Below are positions 22,302 to 34,170 of a stretch of 64,000 bases of DNA, in pieces; within the stretch, counting starts at the first letter, position 1, and every line of letters starts with the position of its first letter. The notes beneath the pieces were generated by a model. The model was not told the DNA's origin, did not search any database, and worked only from the letters and a program-made list of their open reading frames with translations. The stretch comes from Azolla caroliniana (taxonomy: Eukaryota; Plantae; Polypodiophyta): the NCBI GenBank assembly GCA_043228905.1, contig JBHGNT010000010.1, positions 9,486,001 to 9,550,000 on the forward strand, given 5' to 3'. Made by a program: the position numbers and the translations under genes.

Positions 22302-24269
22302 TAGTCCATATTGTAGACCCATCTTTCTCTCTATTAACAAAAAGGAAGATGGTAATAGTGATTATCTTTTTTATTTGTAGAGAATGTGAGGTTTTTCCTA
22401 CCGATTAGCGGGGGTTTTACTCACATCTTTTTATTTTCTTTTTATTATATCTCTCTCATTGTCTATAGCCAAGAGATTGGCGAGAGAGCTTTTGTTTGTT
22501 AAGTACTGTCAATAAGTGCTTCGCCATAAATGGCTTAGCCTCTAACAAGGGGGAGGGCTAAATGTGAAAGTGTTTTTAGAATCTAAGCCATTGAACATTA
22601 GGAGAATATAAAGTATAGATAATTCACCTTTTGAGGATAAGAACACGAACTAAGACCTTAGGGAAGAAGTCAAAAGTAAAAGTACGAGACCAAGAGAAAA
22701 GTAAAAAGAGAAAACGCAGACTATAAAAAACAGTAAAAATAGAATGGTCATAACTCCCTCGTTGTTTATCCAAATATCACGTTTAAATATGGATTAGAAA
22801 GCTTGTAAAAAGAGCTTTCTATAGCTTTTTAAATCGCTTAATTTGGATATCGGATGAGGGAGATATGACGATTAGAAGGTTGATGTGTCATAGCTAAAAA
22901 TAGGGAGATAAAAAGCTTCCAAAAATAGCATGAACGTGGATAAGAAGAGGAAGGTTATAAAAGAAGAAGTAATATTAGTGAGAAGGGGGAAGAGTGAAGG
23001 CCAAAGAGTGGATGAGGAGTGTTAGGAAGAAGTGTCTTTGTGGAAGAGGATGTGTCTTAGAAGAGGAAGGTCTTTGGTTTTAGTTCAATGTGGAGTTTGT
23101 CTCCTTTGTATTCTCTTGATGTTGGAATATCAGAACATTCTTATTTCTTGCTCGCTTTCTCTATCTTTTTTCTTAGTTTCTTGAGTTATATTCTCTAATC
23201 ATAATTACCTAGAGCTATATAATATATTATGATTTTCAACTCCATCTAATCGGTTTGGTCAAGCCCTCATATAGTGTATAACTATCTATTATCTTATACA
23301 TCCTATCAGCATCCATTCCTAAGCGAAAGAAATGTGAGTAAAGGCTTGATGGACGTCATCCACTCAGATGTATGGGGCCCAGATCAAACAACGACAATCG
23401 GTGGGTGTAGGTACTTCGTTACCTTCATTGACGACTCTTCGCGGCATACCTGGATATGCCTGATGAAGTTGGAAATTGAGGTCTTCATCCACTTTCTCAA
23501 GTTAAAGAATCACGTGGAAAATGAGACGAATCGCAAGATTTGATGCTTACGGTCTGATGGTGGCCAAGAATACTTCTCAACCGAGTTCAAAGCGTTTCTA
23601 GAAGAGAAGGGGATTCGCCGGGAATTCTCTTGCCGGTACACACCACAACAAAACAGTGTTGCTGAGCGGAAGAATCACACAATTCTTGAGATGGCCTACA
23701 CCATGCTGCAGGAGAAGAACATGCCCAAGATCTATTGGGTAGAGGTAGCAGTTACAGTTGTGTATCTCATCAATAGGTGCACGACTAAGGGTGTCCATGG
23801 CATCACCCCTCACGAGAAGTATTTTGGGACAAAGCTAGACCTTTCGCACTTGAAGGTTTTTGGTAGCATTGCATTTGTGCATGTCCCCGATTAGAAGTGA
23901 AGAAAGCTTGACCCAAAATCAGAGAAGATGATCCTCGTCGGTTACTCGCTTGAGCAAAAGGTTTATAAGTGTTTTAACCCCATCACTTGACAGTCACAAA
24001 TAAGCCGAGATGTGGTATTTGATGAGGTGACATCATGGTATGGGCCAACATTAGTGACTCCCACTGTGCTCGAAACAAGCAGATCTAGAGCAGATTCTCA
24101 GAGTGAAGAAGAAGAAGAGATCCTAACGACCATTATGGGTGGAGAACCAACAGAGAGTTTTCCCACACTCCAACGGACTGGACCTAAGGTGTCATCCAAC
24201 AATCAGAGTCTTGCACAACATGAAGAAAACTCTGATGTGCTATCACCTTGGTGTTACACCCGTAGAATA

Positions 24270-26783
24270 ATCGACTCTCTGTTGTCGACTCTTCGATTGT
24301 CGGCTATTTCCGAACAGTCGGTTCCTTCAGCTCTTCGACTGTCGGCTACTTCCGAACAGTCAGCTCCTCCTCCCACTAGAGGGACATATTCCCAACAAAC
24401 TCCCCCTTTACTCCTATGGGAGGGAGTCAGTCAATCCCGTCTTCTGTCGATAGATTCTAAGTCTGTCCATAGGTAGGTTCTCCGTGACCATGTCGGATCC
24501 ATTGTAGTCAGTATGGATCTTCACAAGAGAAAATTCTCCTTCTTCAACTCTCTCCCGCAACCAGTGATACCTTCTCTATATATGCTTGGTTCGGGAGTGG
24601 TATGCAGCATTCTTGGCAAGGTGTATGGCTCTTTGGCTATCACAGTGAAGCAAGAACTCCTTTTGCTTCATCCCTAATTCGTTGAGTAAATTTCTCATCC
24701 AAATTAGTTCTTTGCCGGACTCTACCGCTACCATATACTCTGCCTCTGTAGTCGACAAGGCTACAGACTTCTGCAGTCGTGACTGCCATGACACTGCTCC
24801 CCCTGCATAGGTCATCACGTACCGTGATGTGGATCGGCTTGAGTCGACATCTCCCGACATGTCTGAGTTGGTAAAACCTTCCAGGACAGGTTTTCCGACA
24901 CCATACCCTAGACACACCCCTAAGGTGCCTTTTAAGTACCTGAGTATCCACTTCACCGTTGCTCAGTGTTCTCTTCCTGGATTACTCATATATCGGCTTA
25001 CTGCTCCCACAACAAATGTTATGTTTGGTCTCGTACAATCCATAGCATACATTAGACTACTGATGGTCGAGGCATATGGTATCTTCCTCATCTCAGCCTT
25101 CTCCTTCTCCCCTTTCGGGCACTGCTTCGCATTCAACCTGCAATTTGTCGGCAACACCGAGCTGACCGGCTTTGCATCCGACATGTTGAACCTTTCTCGG
25201 ATCTTCGTCACATACTTATGTTGTGACAGCCATAGCACCTTGTGAGTTCTACCTCGAACTATGTGCATTCCTAAGATCTGTCTAGTTGGTCCAAGGTCTT
25301 TCATGGAAAACGACCTGCTTAGAGCTTTCTTCAAGGTTCCGATCCTTTTTGTGTCTTGTCCGACTATCAACATGTCATCAACATATAACAAGAGAATCAA
25401 GAAGTCTCCTTCTTCGTACCTTTTGACGAACACATATTGATCGGCCTATGTTTTCTGGAACCAGTGTTCCATCATGAAGGACTTGAACTTCTTGTACCAT
25501 TGGCGTGGAGCTTGTTTCAGACCATACAGGCTTTTCTTCAGTTGACACACCAGGTTCTCTTTCCCTTTCTCCTCAAAGACTTTGGGTTGCTGCATGTAGA
25601 TTTCTTCTTCTAGCTCCCCGTGCAGAAATGCGGTTTTAACATTCAACTGTTCAATCTCCAGATCCATACTGGCACTATGCTCAGAACAGTTCGAATGGAT
25701 GTCATCTTCACGACTAGTGCGAATATTTCGTCAAAGTCGACGCCCTTCTTCTATTAGAAACCCTTCACAACTATGCGGGCTTTATATATGGGTTCACTGT
25801 CAACTTCTCCAGTCTTCACCTTGTAGACCCACCTATTCTTGAGTGCTCTCTTACCTTTCGGCAGCTCTACTAGATCATAGGTGTAGTTCTCGTGCAAGGA
25901 TTCCATCTCATCTTGCATCGCGCTCAGCCATTTTTTTCTGTGCTCATCAGCAATGGCTTCTTCATAACACTCCAGTTCACCTTCATCAGTCAAGAGGATG
26001 TATTGATTGGCATATGTAGTTGGTGCTTTCCTCTCCCTGAGTGGGTATCTCCTTCCACTCGTTGTTGGCTCTCTTTCGGATGTCTCTGCCAACTCTTCTC
26101 TCCACTCGGGTTCTTGCACATCAATCGGCATCTCCAGGTTGGACGACTCCAACTCATACTCTTCAATTGACCTTAGCAGCTCTACCAACTCTAACTCATA
26201 GTCGGTCGGTCTTTCTGAGTCGACCGACTCGGATTCGGCTGAGCCGACTGGCCATCTCCGAACAATCGACGTTGTCGGTTCACTTGACCTTAGGTCGACG
26301 ATAGTCGGGGTTGACTGGGGAGTCGTATCCGACTTCTGTTGCTTCTAGTCTTCAATCGTCTTATCTTCAAGAAAGACTACGTCTCGACTTCTCACCACCT
26401 TTCTGTCAAATAGGTCCCATAGCCTATAGTCGAACTCATCTTCTGAGTATCCCATGAATATGCATGCTTTCGACTTACTGTCAAGCTTTGACCTCTGATC
26501 CTTCGGTACATGCATATACCCCAAACATCTGAACACCCACGCATGAGAGAGCATGCTCCTTACTCTCTCCATGATAGTTCGATTCATCCTCTCTACAAGC
26601 TCGTTCAACTCTGGGGTCTTTGGCACTGTGTATTCAATCCGAATACCTTGGCACTTGCAATATTCCTCGAGTTGCCCTCTATACTCGCCACCGTTGTCAG
26701 TTCAAACAACCTTCAACTTCCGACCCGACTCTCTTTCGGCTCTTGCCTAGAACTCCTTGAAAAACGATAATACTTGATCCTTC
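24270..26783 (-). mobile_element. Degenerate Tork-like copia 3' portion (integrase, RT, RNase H, PPT, partial LTR)
   Basis: ORFs 26345-26626 (TPELNELVERMNRT), 25446-25667 (SLYGLKQ), 24963-25433 (LLLYVDD) and 24576-24956 (RNase H). PPT at 24398-24408. LTR 5' end CCCAACA at 24397. Confidence 0.9.
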
Positions 26784-27354
26784 AACTTCATACATTGAAT
26801 GTTTATATCATATACTCTTGTTCCTTGAATCATACTTTGTCTCAATCTTCTTTCTTGAATCATACATTGTCTCTATCTTTTATCTATGCTCGTCTCTCTC
26901 TCTCACACACACACTCACACACATTACTTGTAACTCTTCTTCTTACTATCCTTAACCATTCTATCATCACCATACAAGCCTTATTAAAAGTTAAGTTTCT
27001 TCAACTCCCCTTAACCTTAGTCCCCGCGACTTCGCCGCACGAACCACAACTACCCCGACAACGTGTCGTTCTTCTTCGGCACCGTAAACCACCGATTTGA
27101 ATACGGGGCACTCGACGGTTCGAGGATGCCCATCTCCACCTTCTGCTTCAGAAGCTCCATCAACTTCGGGATGTGAGCTCTCGGCACCAGAATCGGTTTG
27201 AGATTCCACAGTACATGCAGTACCGTGAAGATCACCATCGGTTCGACGATCGTCGGGTCCACGCACCCGATCTCCTCCGGCGAGAACGCGAAGGCTTTCC
27301 CATGCCTTCAGAGCATTCTCCGAAACCTGTCCTCCTTCGCCGGCAGTAGAAAGC

Positions 27355-30300
27355 TGTTGGGAATCAACGCTTGGATTCACCTTCACCGCTCGGCCACAAC
27401 CGATTAATCGCGGATCAATGTAGCAGAAAACAGGAAATACAGAGAAAGACGCGATACACAGGGATTAACGTGGAAAACCCTATACGGGAAAAACCACGGG
27501 AGTGCGAGACTCCGAACCAAACTATGCACAGAGAAATATACAATGACGAGCTCCAAGGCGACGACCTTGAGCTCGCTGTCCTCGCCACAGGCGGCGGAAA
27601 TACACAGAGGCGTCTACCTCTTCCTCTCTCTCGCTCTATCTCTCTCTCTCTCTCACGGCTGCTCCCTCTTCACTCCTCTTGAGTGGAAAAACAGAAAAAT
27701 GAGAAGCAACAGAAAAACTGTTTGCCCTAAGTCATATTTATACTTATATGACTTTGGGCTATTTACAACTATAGCCGTCCCTGCATCCGGATCGCTCTTC
27801 GGGTACATTCGTCATCCGGCACCGAAGCCGGGGTATTCGTCATCCGGATCCGAAACCGAAACCGGGCTTGTCGGCATTCATCTCCGATATCCGACCATCC
27901 CATCCGAAGGGACCGTAATCCCAACAAACTCCCCCTTCACTTCGGCATGGGATGTCTCTCCAATCCGACCCTCTTCCGGCATGCTTCCAGCTTGTCTGGT
28001 GTGAGGACCTTGGTCAGCATATCCGACCCGTTCTCGTCCGTGTGGATCTTCGTCAGCACGAACTCCTTGTCCTCTATCCTTTCCCGGATCCAGTGGTATC
28101 TACGCTGGATGTGTTTCGTCCGGGAATGGTAGGCCGCGTTCTTCGCAAGGTGGATGGCACTCTGACTATCGCAGTAGAGTCGGTACTCCTCTTGCCGGAT
28201 ACCGAGCTCTCTAATGAAGTCCTTCATCCATATTATTTCCTTGCCGGCTTCAACAGCCGCCATGTACTCCGCCTCCGTGGTTGACAACGCAACCGTCTTC
28301 TGCAGCCTCGACTGCCACGAAACAGCTCCCCCTGCATACGTCATCACATACCCTGATGTGGACCGGCTGGTATCTGCATCAGCCGACATATCAGAATCAG
28401 TAAAGCCTTCGAGTTCGGGCTTACCGGAGCCGAATCGGAGGCACACGTTTGCCGTGCCCTTCAGGTATCGGAGTATCCACTTGGCCGCGTTCCAATGCTC
28501 TTTGCCGGGATTGCTCATGTACCGGCTCACCACTCCGACTGCATATCCGATGTCCGGTCTCGTACACACCATGGCGTACATCAAGCTCCCGACAGCTGAG
28601 GCATACGGCACTTTCATCATATCCTCCTTTTCAGCCTTTGTCTTGGGACTTTGCTTGCTGGACAACTTGCAGTTTGCCGGTAGGGTTGATCCGACCGGTC
28701 TTGCTTCCGACATGTTGAACCGTTGAAGCACCTTTGTCACGTACTTCTCTTGTGACAGCCACAACTGCTTCTTGCTCCGGTCCCGGATGATGTGCATCCC
28801 TAGTATTTGCCTCGCCGGACCCAGGTCCTTCATTGAGAAGGTTCGGTGAAGAGCCTTCTTCAGCATCCGTATCTTGACCTGGTCCCGTCCGACGATCAAC
28901 ATGTCGTCCATGTACAGGAGGAGTATTAGGGAGTCTCCTCCTTCGAACTTCTTCACAAACACGCAGTGGTCGGACTGCGTTTTGAGGTACCCTTCGTCGG
29001 TCATGAAGGAGTCGAACTTCCGGTACCATTGCCGGGGAGCCTGCTTCCGTCCGTAAAGGCTCTTCTTCAACCGGCATACCAGGTGCTCCTTCCCTTTCTT
29101 CTCGAATCCTTCCGGTTGCTGCATGTAGATCTCTTCTTCGAGGTCACCGTGAAGGAATGCCGTCTTCACGTCCATCTGTTCTACCTCGAGGTCCATGCTT
29201 GCCGCTATGCTCAGCACCGTCCGGATGGAGGTCATCTTCACTACCGGGGCAAATATCTCGTCGAAGTCGACGCCCTTCTTCTGCTGAAACCCCTTCACCA
29301 CGATCCTGGCTTTGTATCTCGGGGGGTTTCCGGCATCTCCCGGTTTCAGCTTGAACACCCACTTGTTTCGCAGTGCCCGCTTTCCTTTCGGCAACTCCAC
29401 AAGTTCATATGTGTGGTTCTCATGCAGGGAATCCATCTCGTCCTGCATGGCACTCAACCACCTGCGGCTCTGGGTGTCATGCTTTGCTTCTTCAAAGCTC
29501 TCCGGCTCCCCCTCGTCGGTTAGCAACACGTGCTCTGGTTCCGGAAATCTCCGGGGGGCCCTTCTCTCTCTTAGAGGGTATCTCCGTTCCGGAGCTTCGG
29601 TAACTGGTTCTTCCGATTCTTCTTCATCCGAATCCATTTCGGGATCGGGGCCGGTTCCGGTATCATTTTCATCTTCTTCGGCCGGTTCTGTTTCTTCACC
29701 GTCTTCGGCCGGATCCTCGAGTGCTAACCGGTCCCTTGCCGGTCGGGACTGCTCCTCGTAGAGTTGATCCTCACCGGTCGACTTGGAGCTCTTCATCTTC
29801 TTCTCCGACTCCCAGTCGGCGAGCGTCTTGTTCTCCATGAAGATGATATCACGACTCCGGAATATCTTCTTGTCGACCGGGTCCCATACTCGGTAGCCGA
29901 ACTCGTCGTCGCCGTAACCGAGGAATATGCATGGCCGGGTCTTAGGATCTAGCTTTCCTCTCCGGTCCTTTGCCACATGCACGTATGCGAGACACCCGAA
30001 CACCTTCAGATGCCGGTAGGACACTTCCTTACCGGTCCACACTCTCTGCGGCGTGTCTCCGTCCAAAGGAACTGAGGGTGATCTGTTTATCACATATGTC
30101 GCCGTCGACATTGCCTCAGCCCAAAACCCCTTGGGTAATTTCGCATGCGCCAGCATACTCCGGACCCGCTCCATTATGGTCCGGTTCATCCTCTCGGCCA
30201 GCCCGTTCAGTTCCGGCGTCTTCGGCACAGTAAACTCGAGTCGGATTCCCTTCGAGCGACAGTACTCCTGGAACTGCCCTCGGTATTCCCCTCCGTTATC

Positions 30301-32611
30301 CGCTCGTATCGCTTTCAGCTTCTTGCCGGATTCTCTTTCCACTCTCGCATGGAGTTCTTTGAAGACGGACAACACTTGGTCCTTTGTCTTCATCGGTGCC
30401 GTCCACAGTTTTCGGCTATGATCATCGATGAATGTTACGAAGTACTGGGCTCCGCCATGTGACTTCGTCTCTACCTGACACACGTCAGTGTGCACCAACT
30501 CCAATGGTGCGCTACGTCTCGTCGGTGGCCTTGAGTGGAAGGAGGTTCGGTTCTGCTTACCGGCCAGGCAATCGGTGCACTTCTCCAGGTGCACGTGCTT
30601 CACTGGGATGAGGTTGTCTTCTGCAAGCCTCTTCATCCCCTTCTCACTCATGTGGCACAGTCTTTTGTGCCACAGCTCACCGGCAGTGTCGGCTGCCACA
30701 TTCAGCTCTTCCGGACATAACCGGGCATTCATCAGGTACAGTGTGTTGACCTTCCGGGCCCGAGCCACTATCAGGCTCCCCTTGCTGAACTTCATGACAC
30801 CGTCCCGGATGCTACCCGTGTAGCCTTCATCATCTAGCCTCCCGGCCGAGATCAGGTTCAATCGGACCTCCGGAACGTGTCGGACATCTTTCAGCAGCAT
30901 TTTGCATCCGGTCGGGGTTGTCAACCACACGTCTCCTATGCCGGCAATCCGGCACGTACCTTCATTTCCCATCCGAACACAGCCATGCTCACCGGCTGTG
31001 TAGGATGAGAAGTATCTTCTCTCCGGGGTCAGGTGGAACGATGCTCCGGAATCGACCACCCAGGTCGTCTCATCGCCGGCAACGTTTAGCTCACCTTCTT
31101 CGGTGATGAGCATGATTTCTTCCTCACTTGCCGCGAGTGCCGTTGTTCCTTTCCGGTCCTGCCCTCGCCGATCCGAACCTCTCCGGTCCGTGGCTCCCCG
31201 GTATGCACCGTTTCTCTCCGGTGACTTCTTCGAGTCGGTGTCGTCGGCTCCGTTGTCTTTCCGGTAATGCCGACAATTCTTTCGGAAGTGCCCCGGCTTC
31301 CCACAGTGGAAGCATGTGGGTCTTCCTCTTGACTGCGACCGGGTCCCCGACTTCTCCCGTCTTTGCGGACTCCGGTTCCATTGTCTTCCCCGATCCGATT
31401 CGGTAAACAGCATCTTCGGGTCGGAGGCCGGTTCCTTATCTCTCCGACGCGCTTCTTCATTCAGAATACTTGTCTTTACCGTTTGTAAGGACAAGTTATC
31501 TTCGGTGCACGAGGTGCTGAGAGTCACCACCAAGTTCTCCCAGCTTTCCGGCAATGTACACATCAGGATGATGGCTTGCATTGCATCCTCCAACGGGAAC
31601 TTGATCGCCGCAAGCTGATTCACGAATCCCATGAACGTGCTTACGTGTTCCACCATACTCTCGCCGTCCCGGTACTTGAGATTCACTATCTTCCTCATCA
31701 GGGAGGTCCGGTTCAACGCATTCTTCCTCTCATAGAGGCCCGACAGCTTCTTCCACATCTCGTATGCGTTGGTGTCGTTCGCCACATGTTGTAGGACGCT
31801 TACATCGACGTATTGTCGGATCGTCGCTACGGCTTTCCGGTTCAGGAGCTTCCACTCCGACTCAAGTACCCCTTTCGGTATTTCCGACCTGTCAATCGGT
31901 TCGTACAGGTCCCGAACAATCAGAAGATCCTCCATCTTGATCTTCCAGTCGGCGTAATTCTGTGCATTCAGCACCATCATCATCGGCTGCCCGCTGCCGC
32001 CGCCTTCCATTTTCTGCAACAGTCGCTCTGATACCAGTTTGTTGGGAATCAACGCTTGGATTCACCTTCACCGCTCGGCCACAACCGATTAATCGCGGAT
32101 CAATGTAGCAGAAAACAGGAAATACAGAGAAAGACGCGATACACAGGGATTAACGTGGAAAACCCTATACGGGAAAAACCACGGGAGTGCGAGACTCCGA
32201 ACCAAACTATGCACAGAGAAATATACAATGACGAGCTCCAAGGCGACGACCTTGAGCTCGCTGTCCTCGCCACAGGCGGCGGAAATACACAGAGGCGTCT
32301 ACCTCTTCCTCTCTCTCGCTCTATCTCTCTCTCTCTCTCACGGCTGCTCCCTCTTCACTCCTCTTGAGTGGAAAAACAGAAAAATGAGAAGCAACAGAAA
32401 AACTGTTTGCCCTAAGTCATATTTATACTTATATGACTTTGGGCTATTTACAACTATAGCCGTCCCTGCATCCGGATCGCTCTTCGGGTACATTCGTCAT
32501 CCGGCACCGAAGCCGGGGTATTCGTCATCCGGATCCGAAACCGAAACCGGGCTTGTCGGCATTCATCTCCGATATCCGACCATCCCATCCGAAGGGACCG
32601 TAATCCCAACA
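27355..32611 (-). mobile_element. Full-length, very young Tork/Tnt1-like Ty1/copia retrotransposon
   Basis: 572-bp LTRs at 27355-27926 and 32040-32611, identical by eye. TSD AAAGC. PBS iMet at 32025-32036. PPT at 27927-27938. Single uninterrupted ORF. Confidence 0.98.
27937..32010 (-). CDS. Copia Gag-Pol polyprotein (1357 aa from ATG 32010)
   Basis: Gag, zinc knuckle CFHCGKPGHFRKNC, protease WVVDSGASFH, integrase (LWHKRLCH, HTDVC, RADNGGEY, AERMNRT), RT ([17 protein letters not shown]) and RNase H (GFTDSD, TEAEY, YCDSQ). No internal stops. Confidence 0.97.
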   Translation of the reverse strand: MEGGGSGQPMMMVLNAQNYADWKIKMEDLLIVRDLYEPIDRSEIPKGVLESEWKLLNRKAVATIRQYVDVSVLQHVANDTNAYEMWKKLSGLYERKNALNRTSLMRKIVNLKYRDGESMVEHVSTFMGFVNQLAAIKFPLEDAMQAIILMCTLPESWENLVVTLSTSCTEDNLSLQTVKTSILNEEARRRDKEPASDPKMLFTESDRGRQWNRSPQRREKSGTRSQSRGRPTCFHCGKPGHFRKNCRHYRKDNGADDTDSKKSPERNGAYRGATDRRGSDRRGQDRKGTTALAASEEEIMLITEEGELNVAGDETTWVVDSGASFHLTPERRYFSSYTAGEHGCVRMGNEGTCRIAGIGDVWLTTPTGCKMLLKDVRHVPEVRLNLISAGRLDDEGYTGSIRDGVMKFSKGSLIVARARKVNTLYLMNARLCPEELNVAADTAGELWHKRLCHMSEKGMKRLAEDNLIPVKHVHLEKCTDCLAGKQNRTSFHSRPPTRRSAPLELVHTDVCQVETKSHGGAQYFVTFIDDHSRKLWTAPMKTKDQVLSVFKELHARVERESGKKLKAIRADNGGEYRGQFQEYCRSKGIRLEFTVPKTPELNGLAERMNRTIMERVRSMLAHAKLPKGFWAEAMSTATYVINRSPSVPLDGDTPQRVWTGKEVSYRHLKVFGCLAYVHVAKDRRGKLDPKTRPCIFLGYGDDEFGYRVWDPVDKKIFRSRDIIFMENKTLADWESEKKMKSSKSTGEDQLYEEQSRPARDRLALEDPAEDGEETEPAEEDENDTGTGPDPEMDSDEEESEEPVTEAPERRYPLRERRAPRRFPEPEHVLLTDEGEPESFEEAKHDTQSRRWLSAMQDEMDSLHENHTYELVELPKGKRALRNKWVFKLKPGDAGNPPRYKARIVVKGFQQKKGVDFDEIFAPVVKMTSIRTVLSIAASMDLEVEQMDVKTAFLHGDLEEEIYMQQPEGFEKKGKEHLVCRLKKSLYGRKQAPRQWYRKFDSFMTDEGYLKTQSDHCVFVKKFEGGDSLILLLYMDDMLIVGRDQVKIRMLKKALHRTFSMKDLGPARQILGMHIIRDRSKKQLWLSQEKYVTKVLQRFNMSEARPVGSTLPANCKLSSKQSPKTKAEKEDMMKVPYASAVGSLMYAMVCTRPDIGYAVGVVSRYMSNPGKEHWNAAKWILRYLKGTANVCLRFGSGKPELEGFTDSDMSADADTSRSTSGYVMTYAGGAVSWQSRLQKTVALSTTEAEYMAAVEAGKEIIWMKDFIRELGIRQEEYRLYCDSQSAIHLAKNAAYHSRTKHIQRRYHWIRERIEDKEFVLTKIHTDENGSDMLTKVLTPDKLEACRKRVGLERHPMPK

Positions 32612-33545
32612 AAAGCCACCCCCACCAACCTTGAGCTCCCGTAGCGTTATGTCGGTGAACTGGTGCCCTATGCCAGCCGGATTCCGTAAACTGGGGTCCG
32701 ACGTAACCCCTTTTATCCGCTCCTCATTGCCCTCCGGCAAGGGTGCCGCGACCGGCCTCACCTTTTGGTCCACAGTCTTGTACTTTGTATCCACGCGGGC
32801 CGTCCGATCCGACCCGATCTTTTCCCCGAAGTCCGCGATGACTTCGTACATTCCCATCGAACCTACCAGAACAGTCCGGTCTTCTCTAAGGTCTTCACCG
32901 ATCACCTTTTGCAACTCGCCCAAGGTGTCGTCAAAAGAGACCGCCTCCACGGCGCCGCTGATGTCTTCGTCGAGGAAGAGGACTCCGCATCCCCTGAGCT
33001 GCTCCTCCGCTCGCTTCCTTTCCCGGCAGTTGACGTCGGCCATAGTACAACCTTCGTTGTTGGAGAACCAAAATTTCCTACCTATGGTACATGTCTTCTT
33101 CCGTAGTGTACATTTGTGGGGTTTTTCCCGAGTGTCCGGACTATCGCGGCCCCACGCCTTGATAGCCCTCTTTAAAAATCCCCTCGAGTTTCGCCATCGA
33201 GGGCCTCGTGGTTACGCTCATGGTTTGGTCGCACCGTCAGGAACTAGACCGAGTGACGCCCGTCCTGGCTCTTGACTCTTGCATAGGCCGAACCGTTGTC
33301 TAGCACCTTGGTCTCCATCCGTGCCGCCGTGATGTACGGCTCTCCTAGTATAACCGAATGCGAGGATGTCTCCTGCATGAAGAAGTGTTGGTCGATCTCG
33401 ACATCGCCGATTTTCACCCGTACGTTTGGACAGGCTCCATGTAGTTCTTCCGTGGCACGCGTCGCTGCCCTTATTTTCCAGCCATGCTTGGTGTTGATCG
33501 GCCATTTACCCTTCTTGTAGAAATCCATGGACATCAGGTTGATTT

Positions 33546-34170
33546 TGTTGTAGGTTTTAGAGTTAGGGTTAGGGTTAAGGACGATGATAATCATGATAAA
33601 GATAGACATGGTGGTTATGATGATGATGGAGAGTATGGGATTGATGGCGAGAGAGATCATGTGCATTGAGAAGCATTGCGGGGTGGGGGGTGGTGCCTAG
33701 AATGGCTCCACCCCCCTCCCAAGGGGGTTCAACGTAAGGGGAGATAGAAGAGAGAGATGACAAGAGAGAGATTGAGAGAGAGAGAAATGTTCATTCATTT
33801 TTCATTCATTCCCCATAAGGGGTTAAATAGTACAAGAGGGGGTAGATACAAAGGGGTGTAAGCCCCCTAGAGCATTCATACTGGACACTCACTCACACCT
33901 CCTCGTATCCATCCACATGCACACACGTGTGCATGTGTTCACATATGTATCGACTCACAATTACATTTATGCCCCCTACACACACACAACAATCATCATG
34001 ATAACATTTGACCCTCGCTCATCACATTGACTCTCCGTACATCTCGTACGGGGTAACACAATATCGACTCACAATTACATTTATGCCCCCTACACACACA
34101 ACAATCATCATGATAACATTTGACCCTCGCTCATCACATTGACTCTCCGTACATCTCGTACGGGGTAACA
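33546..34170 (-). mobile_element. Solo LTR related to family A, with a tandem duplication of its 5' end
   Basis: TSD GATTT (33541-33545, 34171-34175). Minus strand starts TGTTACCCCGTA and ends CAACA. Shares AACCCCTTATGGGG and CCCCCTTGGGAGGGG...GCCATTCTAGGC with family A LTRs. ~110-bp duplication 33948-34058 / 34062-34170. Confidence 0.92.

Larger units (their letters stand above)
15588..23308 (+). mobile_element. Ty3/gypsy (Tat/Athila-related) element with additional archaeal-type RNase H; recent insertion
   Basis: 746-bp LTRs at 15588-16333 and 22563-23308 (TG...CA) with no differences seen by eye. TSD GCATC (15583-15587, 23309-23313). PBS TGGCGCTCCAGGGAGGG at 16337 (tRNA-Asn-like). PPT AAGGGGGAGGG at 22547-22557. 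Confidence 0.96.
13705..24250 (+). mobile_element. Degenerate Ty1/copia (5' LTR remnant, PBS, gag, protease, integrase), split by the gypsy at 15588-23308
   Basis: LTR end TTTACA at 13896. PBS TGGTATCGGAGC at 13897-13908. Zinc knuckle CWYCGKFGHFEAEC and protease WFVDSGASNHM. CQLGKQHRH continues after the gypsy as HPFLSERN...IHSDVWGP. Confidence 0.92.

Noticed and set aside
33563-33577. TTAGGG telomere-like repeats
   Set aside because: Only two full copies within an LTR; common telo-box-like sequence.
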